A DNA stretch of 64,000 nt from Candidatus Doudnabacteria bacterium. GTDB lineage: Bacteria; Patescibacteriota; Doudnabacteria; UBA920; O2-02-FULL-48-8. Both the position numbers and the translations under genes were made by a program. Shown here piece by piece: positions 46,466-57,100 of the stretch (its first letter is position 1; each line of letters opens with the position of its first letter). The notes under the pieces were generated by a model. It was not told the origin of the DNA and searched no databases. It worked only from the letters and a program-made list of their open reading frames with translations. The stretch is taken from assembly GCA_039931165.1 (NCBI GenBank), contig JBDTSL010000002.1:7134-71133 (forward strand), given 5' to 3'.

Positions 46466-49372
46466 CTATTTCACTTTTTCCTTTACTTGTTTTAAGACCT
46501 TTGCCAAGTATTGGCCGGTGTAAGAGCGCTTAACTTTTGCAACCTCCTCGGGTGTGCCGATGGCCACCACTTCCCCGCCCTTATTTCCGCCTTCGGGCCC
46601 GAGATCAATCACCCAATCAGCGGATTTGATGACGTCCAGGTTGTGTTCGATGACCAACACGGTATTTCCTTTTTCCACCAGACGGGCCAAGACAGCCATC
46701 AGTCTTTTCACATCATCAAAGTGCAGGCCGGTGGTTGGCTCGTCCAAAATATAAAGCGTGCGGCCGGTCGAGGCGCGGGACAGTTCGGAAGAAAGTTTGA
46801 TGCGCTGGGCTTCGCCGCCGGACAATGTGGTTGCTTGCTGACCCAAGTGCATGTAGCCCAGGCCGACCAGGGACAAAGTTTCCAGTTTGCGGGCGATCAG
46901 CGGCACGTTTCGGAAAAATACATGCGCTTCATCCACGGTCATTTCCAAAACATCGGAAATATTCTTGGATTTATAGTGAATATCCAAAGCTTCCTTATTG
47001 TACCGCTTGCCTTTGCATTCCTCGCAGGCCACATAGACGTCCGGCAGGAAATGCATTTCGATCTTGATCACGCCATCGCCGCCGCAAACCTCGCAGCGGC
47101 CGCCTTTGACATTAAAACTGAACCGGCCGGCCCTGTAGCCGCGCATCCTGGCTTCCTGGGTTGCCGCAAATAAATCTCTAACGTAGGTAAAAACACCGGT
47201 GTATGTCGCGGGGTTGGACCTCGGCGTGCGGCCGATGGGCGATTGATCGATGTTGATGACCTTATCGATATTTTCTATGCCCAAAATTTTCTTGTGCTCT
47301 CCAGGAGAGTCTTTTGCATTGTAAAAATATGCTGATAGTGCTTTGGCCAAAATTTCATTGAGCAGAGTGGATTTGCCGCTGCCGGATACACCGGTTAGAA
47401 CCACGAACTTGCCCAGAGGAATTTCCACGTCAATATTTTTCAGATTGAATTCGGACGCGCCGACGATCTTCAGCGTCTTGCCATTGCCTTTTTTCCGGTG
47501 CGCCGGCACGGCCACGATCTCTGTGCCGGCCAAATATCTGCCGGTCAGAGAGTGCTTATCTTTCGCCACTTGCGCGGGTGTTCCTTGCGATACCACTTCG
47601 CCGCCGTGTTTGCCGGCTCCGGGTCCGATGTCCACGACCCAATCAGATTCCCAAATCGTCTCCTCATCGTGCTCGACCACGATCACAGTATTTCCCAGGT
47701 CACGCAAATTTTTCAGGGTTTTCAGCAGACGCGCGTTATCGCGCTGATGCAAGCCGATGGACGGCTCATCCAAAATATACAGAACTCCGGTCAAGCCGGA
47801 GCCGATCTGAGTGGCCAGGCGGATCCTTTGCGCTTCTCCGCCGGACAGTGTGTCGGCCCCACGGTCCAAAGTCAGGTAATCCAACCCCACATCCTGCAAA
47901 AATTTCAATCTAGCTACGATCTCTTTAAATATCTGGCGTGCGATCTTCATATCTTTTTCCGACATTTTTTTCGGCAGATCTTCGGTGAAATCCACCGCTT
48001 CATCAATAGAAAAATTCGAAACATCGACAATGGATTTTCCTTGAATGGTCACGGCCAAGAACTCGGGCTTCAGGCGCTTGCCTTTGCAGGTCGGACATTT
48101 GCGGATGCGCATGTACTGCTCGATCTCTCCGCGCATATAATCCGAATCGGTTTCTTTGTACTTCCGCTCCAGGTTGTTGATCACGCCCTCAAAAGTCGTG
48201 GTCCGCTCGGGCCCGCCCGCCTGTCCGGTAGGCAGGGTTGCATATTCATCGCCAAAGTCAGATTCCCTTTCGCCGGAAATTTTTATCTTGCGGTCTCCGG
48301 TGCCGTACAGCACCACCTCCAAAGCTTTCTTCGGCAGATCTTTGACCGGAGTATGCACCGAAAACCCATATTCGCGGGCAACAGCTTCCAGCACCCTGGA
48401 ATACCATGACAACCTGGAAGTTGTTTTGCTCCACGGCCAAATCGCCCCTTCTGCCAAAGTCAGCTTGTGATTCGGGATGACCAGTTCGGCATCGATCTCA
48501 AGCCGAGTACCCAGTCCCGTGCAGTCGGGACAGGCGCCATGGGGGGAATTAAAAGAAAAGTTCCGGGGATTCAGTTCCGGCAGATTCATGTGGCCATCCG
48601 GACAGGCAAAATTGGACGAAAGAGTAAATTCTTCTCCGTCAGCCGGCGGATCGCCTTTCTGAATGATCACTGAATCATCTCCCAGGTCCAAAGCAGTCTC
48701 CAAGGAGTCGGCGATTCTTGCCCGGTCTCCGGAGTCCAGTGAAATGCGGTCAACCACTACGTCAATCGTATGTTTCTTTTTCTTGTCCACGTTGAGTTGC
48801 ATGGCTTCGCTCAAATCCATGATCGTGCCATCGAACCGGATGCGCTGATAGCCCGAGCGCCTGGCCTCTTCCAGAAGATGCTTGTGCTCGCCTTTTTGGT
48901 CTTTTATCATCGGCGCCATGATCACGACTTTAGTATCCTGCGGCATGCTCATGATCTGGTCGACCATCTGGGTCACGGTTTGGCCGGAAATTTTCTTGCC
49001 GCAGACTGGACAATGCGGCACGCCTACGCGCGCAAACAGCAAACGCAGGTAATCATAAATCTCCGTCACGGTGCCGACAGTCGAACGCGGGTTGTGGGAT
49101 GCGGATTTTTGGTCAATCGAGATGGCCGGGGACAATCCTTCGATCTTGTCCACGTCCGGCTTGTCCATCAAACCCAAAAACTGCCTGGCATAAGCCGACA
49201 GGCTTTCGACGTACCTGCGCTGGCCTTCCGCATAGATGGTGTCAAAGGCCAGAGAGGATTTTCCGCTACCCGAAAGACCGGTGATGACCACCAGTTTATT
49301 TCGGGGAATATCGAGGTTGATATTTTTCAGGTTGTGGACCCGCGCGCCGCGAATGACTATTTTGTCCGACAT
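46466..49372 (-). CDS. uvrA: Excinuclease ABC subunit A
   Basis: Two ABC ATPase domains ([24 protein letters not shown] twice) and Zn fingers. Confidence 0.99.
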   Translation of the reverse strand: MSDKIVIRGARVHNLKNINLDIPRNKLVVITGLSGSGKSSLAFDTIYAEGQRRYVESLSAYARQFLGLMDKPDVDKIEGLSPAISIDQKSASHNPRSTVGTVTEIYDYLRLLFARVGVPHCPVCGKKISGQTVTQMVDQIMSMPQDTKVVIMAPMIKDQKGEHKHLLEEARRSGYQRIRFDGTIMDLSEAMQLNVDKKKKHTIDVVVDRISLDSGDRARIADSLETALDLGDDSVIIQKGDPPADGEEFTLSSNFACPDGHMNLPELNPRNFSFNSPHGACPDCTGLGTRLEIDAELVIPNHKLTLAEGAIWPWSKTTSRLSWYSRVLEAVAREYGFSVHTPVKDLPKKALEVVLYGTGDRKIKISGERESDFGDEYATLPTGQAGGPERTTTFEGVINNLERKYKETDSDYMRGEIEQYMRIRKCPTCKGKRLKPEFLAVTIQGKSIVDVSNFSIDEAVDFTEDLPKKMSEKDMKIARQIFKEIVARLKFLQDVGLDYLTLDRGADTLSGGEAQRIRLATQIGSGLTGVLYILDEPSIGLHQRDNARLLKTLKNLRDLGNTVIVVEHDEETIWESDWVVDIGPGAGKHGGEVVSQGTPAQVAKDKHSLTGRYLAGTEIVAVPAHRKKGNGKTLKIVGASEFNLKNIDVEIPLGKFVVLTGVSGSGKSTLLNEILAKALSAYFYNAKDSPGEHKKILGIENIDKVINIDQSPIGRTPRSNPATYTGVFTYVRDLFAATQEARMRGYRAGRFSFNVKGGRCEVCGGDGVIKIEMHFLPDVYVACEECKGKRYNKEALDIHYKSKNISDVLEMTVDEAHVFFRNVPLIARKLETLSLVGLGYMHLGQQATTLSGGEAQRIKLSSELSRASTGRTLYILDEPTTGLHFDDVKRLMAVLARLVEKGNTVLVIEHNLDVIKSADWVIDLGPEGGNKGGEVVAIGTPEEVAKVKRSYTGQYLAKVLKQVKEKVK

Positions 49373-49480
49373 AAGGGGGTCACTTTCGGATTTGAAAAAT
49401 TTAGACGACCAGACAGCCCTCGAATTGAGGGCTTAAATAAGCCCACGCAGTATATATAAAAAAAATCCCCTTGGCAAGAG

Positions 49481-49930
49481 CTAAGAGGAAGTACGTTTCG
49501 TACTACGGCGGGCGCGAGCTTTATCTCCCAGGTAAATCACCATGGATTCGACTTTCATCACGGCGAGATACCACAAGGAATTACCGGCTGTGATAACCAC
49601 AGCGCATGCGCAAATCATCCCCCAGATGATAATCGGAGCGCCACGCAGATAGTACAGCGTGGGATGGCTTCCGAGCAGTGTGAGTAGCACGGGGACGATG
49701 AAGCAGCCAGCGCCGAAGAAAAAAACGCGCTGAGAGTCCACATCCTCCGGTTGGGATTGCCAGACGTCGAAGAAAAAATACGTCACGAGAATCATGCAGA
49801 GCAGCGCGAATCCAAAAATCGGTTCCTTCAACGCCGGCATATCTGTCAGTTCAGCGTAGCCAGCCGTGAGCGCGATGAGGATCAGCACGGCCAAGGTGGC
49901 CATGAACAGAATACGAAAGGCCTTACTCAT
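49481..49930 (-). CDS. Hypothetical membrane protein
   Basis: 149 aa with four hydrophobic segments and AGGAGG SD. Confidence 0.6.
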   Translation of the reverse strand: MSKAFRILFMATLAVLILIALTAGYAELTDMPALKEPIFGFALLCMILVTYFFFDVWQSQPEDVDSQRVFFFGAGCFIVPVLLTLLGSHPTLYYLRGAPIIIWGMICACAVVITAGNSLWYLAVMKVESMVIYLGDKARARRSTKRTSS

Positions 49931-49998
49931 TGGAAACCTCCTAACGCAGTGGACGTGGATCGCAAGACAGCTTTTCGTGTATCAAGTATAATGTTTTT

Positions 49999-51780
49999 AT
50001 GCCGAAAACACTAGCAGACAAACTTAACGATCTCCCCCAGAAACCCGGTGTCTATATTTTCAAAGACGCCAAGGGGTTGGTTTTGTATGTGGGGAAAGCG
50101 ATCAAACTCAAAAACCGCGTTTCGTCATACTTCAAAAAAGGCGGCGGCGATAACCGGGGGCCCAGGATTGAGCTCATGATCTCGCAAATCGCCGACCTTG
50201 ACTACACGATCACGGACAACGAACTCGAAAGCCTGATCCTGGAAAAAAATTTCATCAAACAGCTCAAACCCAAATACAATGTGGATTTGCGGGATGACAA
50301 AAATTATCTGTTCCTGAAGATAAACATTAAAGACGAGATCCCGACCATCGGCTATGAACGGAAGGCCTCAGATAAATCGGCACGGTACTTCGGGCCTTAT
50401 AGTTCCGGACTCGCGATAAAAGACACTCTGCGCCTGGTGCGTAAAATTTTTCCGTATTGCGCGGCCAAAAAAATTTCCACCAAACCTTGCTTTTATTATC
50501 ATATCGGCAAATGTCCAGGGGTCTGCTTCGGTAAGATCAGTCTCGAAGAATACCGCGAAAATTATATCAAAAAAATCATCCAGTTCCTGGAAGGGCGCCA
50601 AACCGAGATCCTCAAGGATTTACAGCTTCAAATGAAAACTTATGCCGCTCACAGGCAGTTCGAGAAAGCGGCCAAAGTCCGCAACCAGATTTTTGCGCTT
50701 AACCGCGTGCTGGAGCGGCAAAAATTGGTTTATCCGAAAAAACTGGACCAGGATGTGGTTTCCGTCCATACGGACGGAGTAGCGGCCATCAATTTGTTCA
50801 TTATCCGGGAAGGAAAATTGATCCAAAAAGAAAATTTCATTTTGGACAACACCAAACAGATGCCGGAAGGCGAAATCCTGCAAAGTTTCCTGGAAAGGTA
50901 TTACCTTGACACTACCAGCATCCCCAAAGAAATATTGCTGCCGGCCCAGATCAACCAGGATGAATTTTATCCGGTGTTTATCGGCCGCAGAATCCCGAAA
51001 ATAATCATTCCCACGCGAGGTCAAAAACTGCAGTTGATGAAATTGGGAACACTGAACGCCCGGCAATATTTGGAATCCACTTCCGATAAGCATCTGCTGG
51101 AAGAAGCCCGGCTTTTAAGCTCATTGAAAGAACTACAGCGGGTACTGGACCTGCCTATTCTTCCGGGAAGAATCGAGGCTTATGACATTTCAAACTTCCA
51201 GGGGACCAATCCGGTCGGGTCCATGATCGTCTTTGATTTTGCCCGGCCGAAAAAAGACCAATACCGCAAATTTAAGATCAACAAAAAACAGACACCTGAC
51301 GACTTCGCCATGATGCGCGAGCTGCTCGAACGAAGATTTCGGCATTCTAACTGGCCTCTGCCCGATCTTATCCTGATCGACGGCGGCAAAGGACAACTAT
51401 CCAGCGCGGTCAAAATATTAAAGCAATATAATTTAAATATTCCAATTATCGGATTAGCCAAAAGAATTGAGGAAATTTTTAAACCACTACAACCTACCCC
51501 TTACAACCTACCGCCTAATTCCCAAGCGTTATACTTGTTACAACTCATCCGCGACGAAGCGCACCGCTTCGCCGTGACCTATCACCGCAAACTCCGCTCC
51601 CGCTCAGCGGTTTCTTCAGTTCTGGACAAAATTTCCGGCATCGGCCCGGCCAAAAAAAAATTGCTTCTTCAAAAATACGGTTCCGCCGCATCGGTCCGCT
51701 CCGCATCCCTGACCGACTTGGCAAACATCATCGGCTCCAAGGCCGCGGAAAAGGTCAAGGCCAGCCTGCCTGCTCGGTAG
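49999..51780 (+). CDS. uvrC: Excinuclease ABC subunit C
   Basis: GIY-YIG (PGVY, YVGKA), YDISN, IDGGKGQL, RDEAHRFA and HhH. Confidence 0.98.
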   Translation: MPKTLADKLNDLPQKPGVYIFKDAKGLVLYVGKAIKLKNRVSSYFKKGGGDNRGPRIELMISQIADLDYTITDNELESLILEKNFIKQLKPKYNVDLRDDKNYLFLKINIKDEIPTIGYERKASDKSARYFGPYSSGLAIKDTLRLVRKIFPYCAAKKISTKPCFYYHIGKCPGVCFGKISLEEYRENYIKKIIQFLEGRQTEILKDLQLQMKTYAAHRQFEKAAKVRNQIFALNRVLERQKLVYPKKLDQDVVSVHTDGVAAINLFIIREGKLIQKENFILDNTKQMPEGEILQSFLERYYLDTTSIPKEILLPAQINQDEFYPVFIGRRIPKIIIPTRGQKLQLMKLGTLNARQYLESTSDKHLLEEARLLSSLKELQRVLDLPILPGRIEAYDISNFQGTNPVGSMIVFDFARPKKDQYRKFKINKKQTPDDFAMMRELLERRFRHSNWPLPDLILIDGGKGQLSSAVKILKQYNLNIPIIGLAKRIEEIFKPLQPTPYNLPPNSQALYLLQLIRDEAHRFAVTYHRKLRSRSAVSSVLDKISGIGPAKKKLLLQKYGSAASVRSASLTDLANIIGSKAAEKVKASLPAR

Positions 51781-51838
51781 GCAAGTCTTTGACACCCGCG
51801 CTGTTATCTGGCAATATACTTGGGCGAATTCTACTACT

Positions 51839-52066
51839 ATGAAAATCCCTCAAAACATTTTAATTTTTGCCCTGATCGCGGTTGATGTATTATTGATCGT
51901 CAGCATTCTTCTGCAGCAACGGGAAGGCGGCCTATCTACGGTTTTCGGCGGCGAAGGCAATGTCTACCGCTCCAAGCGCGGCATCGCCCTCGGCCTCCAC
52001 TACTTCACAGTAGTTTTGGCCGTGGTGTTTGTGGCCCTTAGCGTCCTGATCGTTTTCCTGAAATAA
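51839..52066 (+). CDS. secG: Preprotein translocase subunit SecG
   Basis: Two TM helices around ILLQQREGGLSTVFGG; 75 aa. Confidence 0.88.
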   Translation: MKIPQNILIFALIAVDVLLIVSILLQQREGGLSTVFGGEGNVYRSKRGIALGLHYFTVVLAVVFVALSVLIVFLK

Positions 52067-52321
52067 ACCCCCTCACCAATCCTATCCAGTATGAATATAA
52101 CGGATAATTTCTTTAAATTTTTAAAAAACCAAATACTAGAACCAATTTATCCTTATTGGTGCGGGGGTAAATTTTCTCTGCCGGGTAGTAAAATTTAATT
52201 TGATTTAATTATTTAATTTAAACCTTTCTTGAAAATAATAGATTCCGACCTGACTAAATTGAAAAGTAATTATTCTATCTGTTTCGCTTCGCGAAACAGA
52301 TATTAAATTTCTACTACCCGG

Positions 52322-54097
52322 ATGAGCAATCTTTGGTTGCAACTTAAAACTTTTTTTCAGAGCTTGCAGGTCGGGTTGATTTCGGTTCCCAATCTCAAGC
52401 GCCGGCAGATCCCCGACATCCTGGAGAATATTTACAAAAAAGAGTTTTATATCTTCACTGCCGCCCTCCTGATATTCATCTTCTCAGGCGGGTTTTTGCT
52501 TTTTCAGGCATTCCAGTTTCAGGGCTCCGGACCGCGTTCCGGAGGGGAACTGGTGGAAGGTTTGGTCGGCGAACCGCAATTCATCAATCCGGTGCTTTCC
52601 GAAACTTCGGGCGTGGACATGGATATATCGCGACTGGTTTACGGTCAGTTGTTGAAATTCGACGACCAGGAAAAATTGACGCCGGATCTGGCCGCTGCAT
52701 TGCCGCAAATCAGCCAAGATCAAAAAACTTATACTTTAAACCTAAAACCGAATCTAAAATGGCAGGACGGGCATGCACTGAATGCCGATGATATCCTGTT
52801 CACGATCCAGACGATCCAAAACGGCGACTATCAGTCCCCACTTCGTCCGAACTGGGCGCGGGTCAAAGTAGCGAAAGTGGATGACCTGACTCTGACATTC
52901 GTATTGCACGAAGTTTCCGCTTCTTTTGCTTCAAACTTTGCTTTGGGGATCCTGCCGAAACACGTTTGGGCAGGCATTTCCGCCCAAAACTTCCGCCTCA
53001 CCGACTATAACCTCAAACCTGTCGGCTCCGGGCCGTTTGCGGTTTCGGAGATCAAAAAAACTTCCGACGGCACGATCAAATCGGTCAGTTTGCGCGCCAA
53101 CGATAAGTACTACCAGGGCCGGCCCTACCTAAACCAAATCACTTTTAAATTCTATGACGGCTACGACAGCCTGATAGGCGCTTATCAGGCCAAAGACATT
53201 CAAAGTTTAGGTGTGGTGCCTTTTGACCAGAAAGCTTTTTTGGGAACTTCCGACAGGATGAAGGCGAACCGGATAAATCTGCCTCAATACCAGGCTGTTT
53301 TTTTCAACTTACCGAAAAATTCGACCCTCAACGAAAAAGCCGTGCGTCAGGCCTTATGGCTTGCTACCGACCGCGGTTCGATAATCAAAGACGTTTATTT
53401 AGGAAACGCGGCGCCCGCTTATGGACCGATCCTGGAAGGAAGTTTGGGATATAATCCGAGCATCGCCAAGTCTGCCCATACCAATCTTGAGGAAGCGGCC
53501 GGTATTCTGAATAAGGCTGGCTGGATCCTGGACCCGGCTACAAATATCAGGTACAAAAATTCCGCCAAAGGCGGATCCGCCTCCGGCGGAAAAAAAACGC
53601 TGGAGTTCAGTCTGGCCACCACAAGCAATCTGGTGATCAATGTCAAAGCCGCGCAGATCTTGCAAAACCAATGGGCCGCCATCGGCGTCAAGGTTAATTT
53701 AATTATTGTCAATTCATACGACCTGGAGTCCCAGTACATCCGGCCGAGAGCTTTTGACGCTTTATTGTTCTCAGAAAATGTGGGGGCCGATCCCGACCCG
53801 TTTCCTTTCTGGCATTCCAGCCAGTCCCGAGATCCGGGTTTGAATCTATCCGGCTTCACCAATGCCGAAGCGGATAAACTTCTGACCGAAGCCAGACAAA
53901 CTTCGGATCCGAGCATCCGGACCCGCGACTATCTGCGGTTCCAGGAGATCATCAATGACCAGCTGCCCGCCTTATTTCTGGTCCGCTCATTATATATTTA
54001 CAATGTGCCGAAAAATCTCCAGGGCATAAATTTAACCGACATCATCCATCCGTCGGAACGGTTCCTTGATGTGAATCGTTGGTATTTCCAAAATTAA
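52322..54097 (+). CDS. Family 5 (OppA-like) substrate-binding protein, solitary
   Basis: EGLVGEPQFINP, PDLA, WQDG...ADDILFT, PVGSGPF, VRQAL; no adjacent permease genes. Confidence 0.9.
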   Translation: MSNLWLQLKTFFQSLQVGLISVPNLKRRQIPDILENIYKKEFYIFTAALLIFIFSGGFLLFQAFQFQGSGPRSGGELVEGLVGEPQFINPVLSETSGVDMDISRLVYGQLLKFDDQEKLTPDLAAALPQISQDQKTYTLNLKPNLKWQDGHALNADDILFTIQTIQNGDYQSPLRPNWARVKVAKVDDLTLTFVLHEVSASFASNFALGILPKHVWAGISAQNFRLTDYNLKPVGSGPFAVSEIKKTSDGTIKSVSLRANDKYYQGRPYLNQITFKFYDGYDSLIGAYQAKDIQSLGVVPFDQKAFLGTSDRMKANRINLPQYQAVFFNLPKNSTLNEKAVRQALWLATDRGSIIKDVYLGNAAPAYGPILEGSLGYNPSIAKSAHTNLEEAAGILNKAGWILDPATNIRYKNSAKGGSASGGKKTLEFSLATTSNLVINVKAAQILQNQWAAIGVKVNLIIVNSYDLESQYIRPRAFDALLFSENVGADPDPFPFWHSSQSRDPGLNLSGFTNAEADKLLTEARQTSDPSIRTRDYLRFQEIINDQLPALFLVRSLYIYNVPKNLQGINLTDIIHPSERFLDVNRWYFQN

Positions 54098-54181
54098 ATA
54101 TTTAGATTAAACTATAATGACCCAGACAAAAATAGGTCTATAGACCCGACAAACGGGTCGAGCACGACTTTTGTCCGACGA

Positions 54182-54267
54182 GGGCGAGTGGCGGAATGGC
54201 AGACGCACTGGCTTCAGGAGCCAGCGATCGCAAGATCATGGAGGTTCGACTCCTCTCTCGCCCACCA
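54182..54267 (+). tRNA. tRNA-Leu(CAG)
   Basis: GGGCGAGTGGCGGAATGGCAGACGC, CTGGC-TTCAGGA-GCCAG, long variable arm, GGTTCGACTCC, CCA end. Confidence 0.95.
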
Positions 54268-54289
54268 GTATTTTACTGAATGGAATTTT

Positions 54290-55069
54290 ATGGAACAAGA
54301 AACTCAACAGCAACCAGAGCAATTTAATTCGCCTCCAGAAAATAAAAAGAAAATAATTATAGCTATTGGTGTGGTCGTTCTTGTTCTCCTTCTTGCCAGC
54401 GGATATTTTCTTTTTTCAAAACGTTCGGTAAAACAACCCGAAACTCAACAAATATCCCAGCCAGTAGATATTACCGGACAGAAAATGTATAGGAATCAAG
54501 AATATGGATTTGAGTTTCAATACCCGCAAAATTTTTTGGTTGGAAAATTTAAGCCTGAAGTTACTCCCTCTAGCAATGTTCCGCCAGATATACTAGAGAA
54601 ACAGCGCGACCTAAGTTTCAACAATGCAATAGTATTAGTTGAATTAGAACAAAAAGCTTTATTTTCAAAATCACCAAAAAATTTCTCGATAGACAGCATC
54701 CCAATTGGTGAAGTTCCGACTATCAGTATTAAGCCGATTACAACTTCGGCTGATTTTTACCGGAAAAATTTTATTGATAGTGATACAACATGGGGCGGTA
54801 AAAATATAAAAATTAATGAATATCAGGTTACTAAACTGCCTGGATATCCGGGACCATACGGAGACGCGGTATATTATTATTTACTCCCGATTTCAGACAA
54901 TTTAATCATTGAATTCATAGGCTTCAAACAAAAAATTCTTACAAACACCACAATGACCGAAAGTTATTACGACAAAATAATTGAAAATATCATTTCTACT
55001 TTCAAATTAACCCAAAAAGTTGTAGAAGGGCGCGTGATAACTCCATATTATTTAGGATTTAGAGTTTAG
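54290..55069 (+). CDS. Membrane-anchored hypothetical protein (PsbP-like start motif)
   Basis: N-terminal TM, then YRNQEYGFEFQYP; visibly AT-rich; ATG 54290. Confidence 0.7.
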   Translation: MEQETQQQPEQFNSPPENKKKIIIAIGVVVLVLLLASGYFLFSKRSVKQPETQQISQPVDITGQKMYRNQEYGFEFQYPQNFLVGKFKPEVTPSSNVPPDILEKQRDLSFNNAIVLVELEQKALFSKSPKNFSIDSIPIGEVPTISIKPITTSADFYRKNFIDSDTTWGGKNIKINEYQVTKLPGYPGPYGDAVYYYLLPISDNLIIEFIGFKQKILTNTTMTESYYDKIIENIISTFKLTQKVVEGRVITPYYLGFRV

Positions 55070-55298
55070 ATATTAGGATTTCGAATAGAGAGTTGACTAA
55101 ATCCACCGTTAGGTATATACTATATATACATTAGTTTCCTCTTATTTGAATCAAAAGTTAATAAAAGTCAGTCAATAAACGAAAGTTTGTTGTTTGTCTT
55201 GTGTTAATTGAGCAATTAGGCCTTGGGTTTAGCCCTGCCTGACGCTCGTAATATATCTTTAATGTCGTAAGCGACACAATTACGATTAGTAGGTTTTT

Positions 55299-57041
55299 AT
55301 GATGTTGCGCAAACAAGCAACCACCGCTGTAGCCACACGCCCACAAGAACGTGTTGCGGATAGCAAAGCCACTCTGAAAGTCATCCCATTGGGAGGTATC
55401 GAAGAGGTCGGCGAAAACATGACCGTGCTGGAGTACGGTGATGACATTCTTGTGATCGACATGGGACTCGGGTTTCCGGATGAGACCATGCCGGGGATTG
55501 ATTACATCATCCCGAACACCAAATATCTGGAAGACAATAAAAAAAGGATCCGCGGAGTGATCATCACTCATGGCCATTTGGACCATATCGGCGCCATCCC
55601 TTACATCATGCCAAAAATCGGCGACCCGCCGATCTATACCATGAAGTTGACCGGCGAGCTGATCAAAAAGCGCCTGGAAGAATTCCATCTGCTCGGAAGA
55701 AGCCAGATCCACGAACTGAACAAGGACGATGTTTTGACTTTGGGCAATTTTCGCATCCGATTTTTCCGGATCAACCATAACATCCCCGATGGCGTGGGGC
55801 TGGCGATAAATACGCCGGCAGGCCTTTTGGTTTATGCCACTGACTGGAAATTCGACCACACTCCTGTGGACGGCCGCCCCACGGAGTTCGACAAACTGGC
55901 CAAATTCGGCGGCGAGGGCGTGGCTCTGCTGATGTCCGATTCCACTAATGCGGAAAAGCCCGGCTATTCCATGTCCGAAAAAACACTCGGAGATACAATT
56001 GACCGGATCATGACCGAAGCCAAAGGGCGCGTGATTTTCGCGACCTTCTCCACTCTTATTTCCCGCGTCCAGCAAGTGATCGACGCCGCGTTCAAAAGCA
56101 ACCGTAAAATTGTCATCACCGGCAGGTCGCTTGTGAACAACGTGGAAATTTGTCTTGCAACCAATTATCTGAAAATGCCGGCCAAAGGCATGATCATAAA
56201 AATGGAACAGGCCCGCAAACTGCCCGACAACCAGGTCGTGATCCTGACCACCGGGTCGCAGGGCGAAGAAGCATCGGCCCTGGCCCGCATAGCCAGAAGC
56301 GAGCACAAGACCATTGAGATAAAAAAAGGCGACACCTGCGTAGTGTCCGCCTCTCCGATCCCAGGCAATGAACGCGCGGTGTCAGGTATTCTGTCCAACC
56401 TGGCGCGATTGGGCGCCAGAGTGCTGTACCAAAAGATCTTGGATATCCATACTTCCGGGCATGCCTACCAGGAAGATCTGAAGCTGATGATCTCCCTGAC
56501 CAAACCCAAAAACTTCATGCCGATTCACGGCGAGCACCACATGTTGGTGGCGCACGCGCAGCTGGCGAAGGATGTCGGAGTTCCGGAAGAAAATATTTTC
56601 ATTCTGGACAACGGCCAGATGCTGGAAATGGCGCCGACGGGATTGCATATCACGGAAGCCAAAATCCCGACCGGCTACGTTTATGTGGATGGTCTGGGAG
56701 TCGGCGATGTCGGCGAAGTTGTGCTCCGCGACCGGCAGGTCATGAGCAAGGATGGTATGTTTGTCATCATCATGACCATTGACCGCAAAACCAGCAAACT
56801 GACAAACCCGCCGGATATTATCTCGCGCGGCTTCATCTATATGAAAGGCTCTGAAGATCTTCTGAAAGAGGTTAAGCACGAAGTACGGAAGGTCGTGGAA
56901 AGCAAAGGCAAGGGCAATGGCACCATGCGCGAACCGAACTGGAGCTTTATCCGCTCCGAGGTCCGCGACCAGATCGGTGAGTTTCTGTTCCAACGGACGG
57001 AACGCAGACCCATGGTCTTGCCGGTAGTTATTGAAGTATAA
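55299..57041 (+). CDS. rnj: Ribonuclease J
   Basis: PLGGIEEVGEN, THGHLDHIG, DSTNAE, TGSQGE, HTSGH, PIHGE. Confidence 0.97.
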   Translation: MMLRKQATTAVATRPQERVADSKATLKVIPLGGIEEVGENMTVLEYGDDILVIDMGLGFPDETMPGIDYIIPNTKYLEDNKKRIRGVIITHGHLDHIGAIPYIMPKIGDPPIYTMKLTGELIKKRLEEFHLLGRSQIHELNKDDVLTLGNFRIRFFRINHNIPDGVGLAINTPAGLLVYATDWKFDHTPVDGRPTEFDKLAKFGGEGVALLMSDSTNAEKPGYSMSEKTLGDTIDRIMTEAKGRVIFATFSTLISRVQQVIDAAFKSNRKIVITGRSLVNNVEICLATNYLKMPAKGMIIKMEQARKLPDNQVVILTTGSQGEEASALARIARSEHKTIEIKKGDTCVVSASPIPGNERAVSGILSNLARLGARVLYQKILDIHTSGHAYQEDLKLMISLTKPKNFMPIHGEHHMLVAHAQLAKDVGVPEENIFILDNGQMLEMAPTGLHITEAKIPTGYVYVDGLGVGDVGEVVLRDRQVMSKDGMFVIIMTIDRKTSKLTNPPDIISRGFIYMKGSEDLLKEVKHEVRKVVESKGKGNGTMREPNWSFIRSEVRDQIGEFLFQRTERRPMVLPVVIEV

Positions 57042-57075
57042 AAAAATCCGCTCCGAAAGGGGCGGTTTTCTTTTT
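57041..57075 (+). terminator. Intrinsic terminator after rnj
   Basis: CCGCTCC-GAAA-GGGGCGG followed by a T-run. Confidence 0.75.
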
Positions 57076-57100
57076 GCTTTAAAAGTCATATAATACAGTT

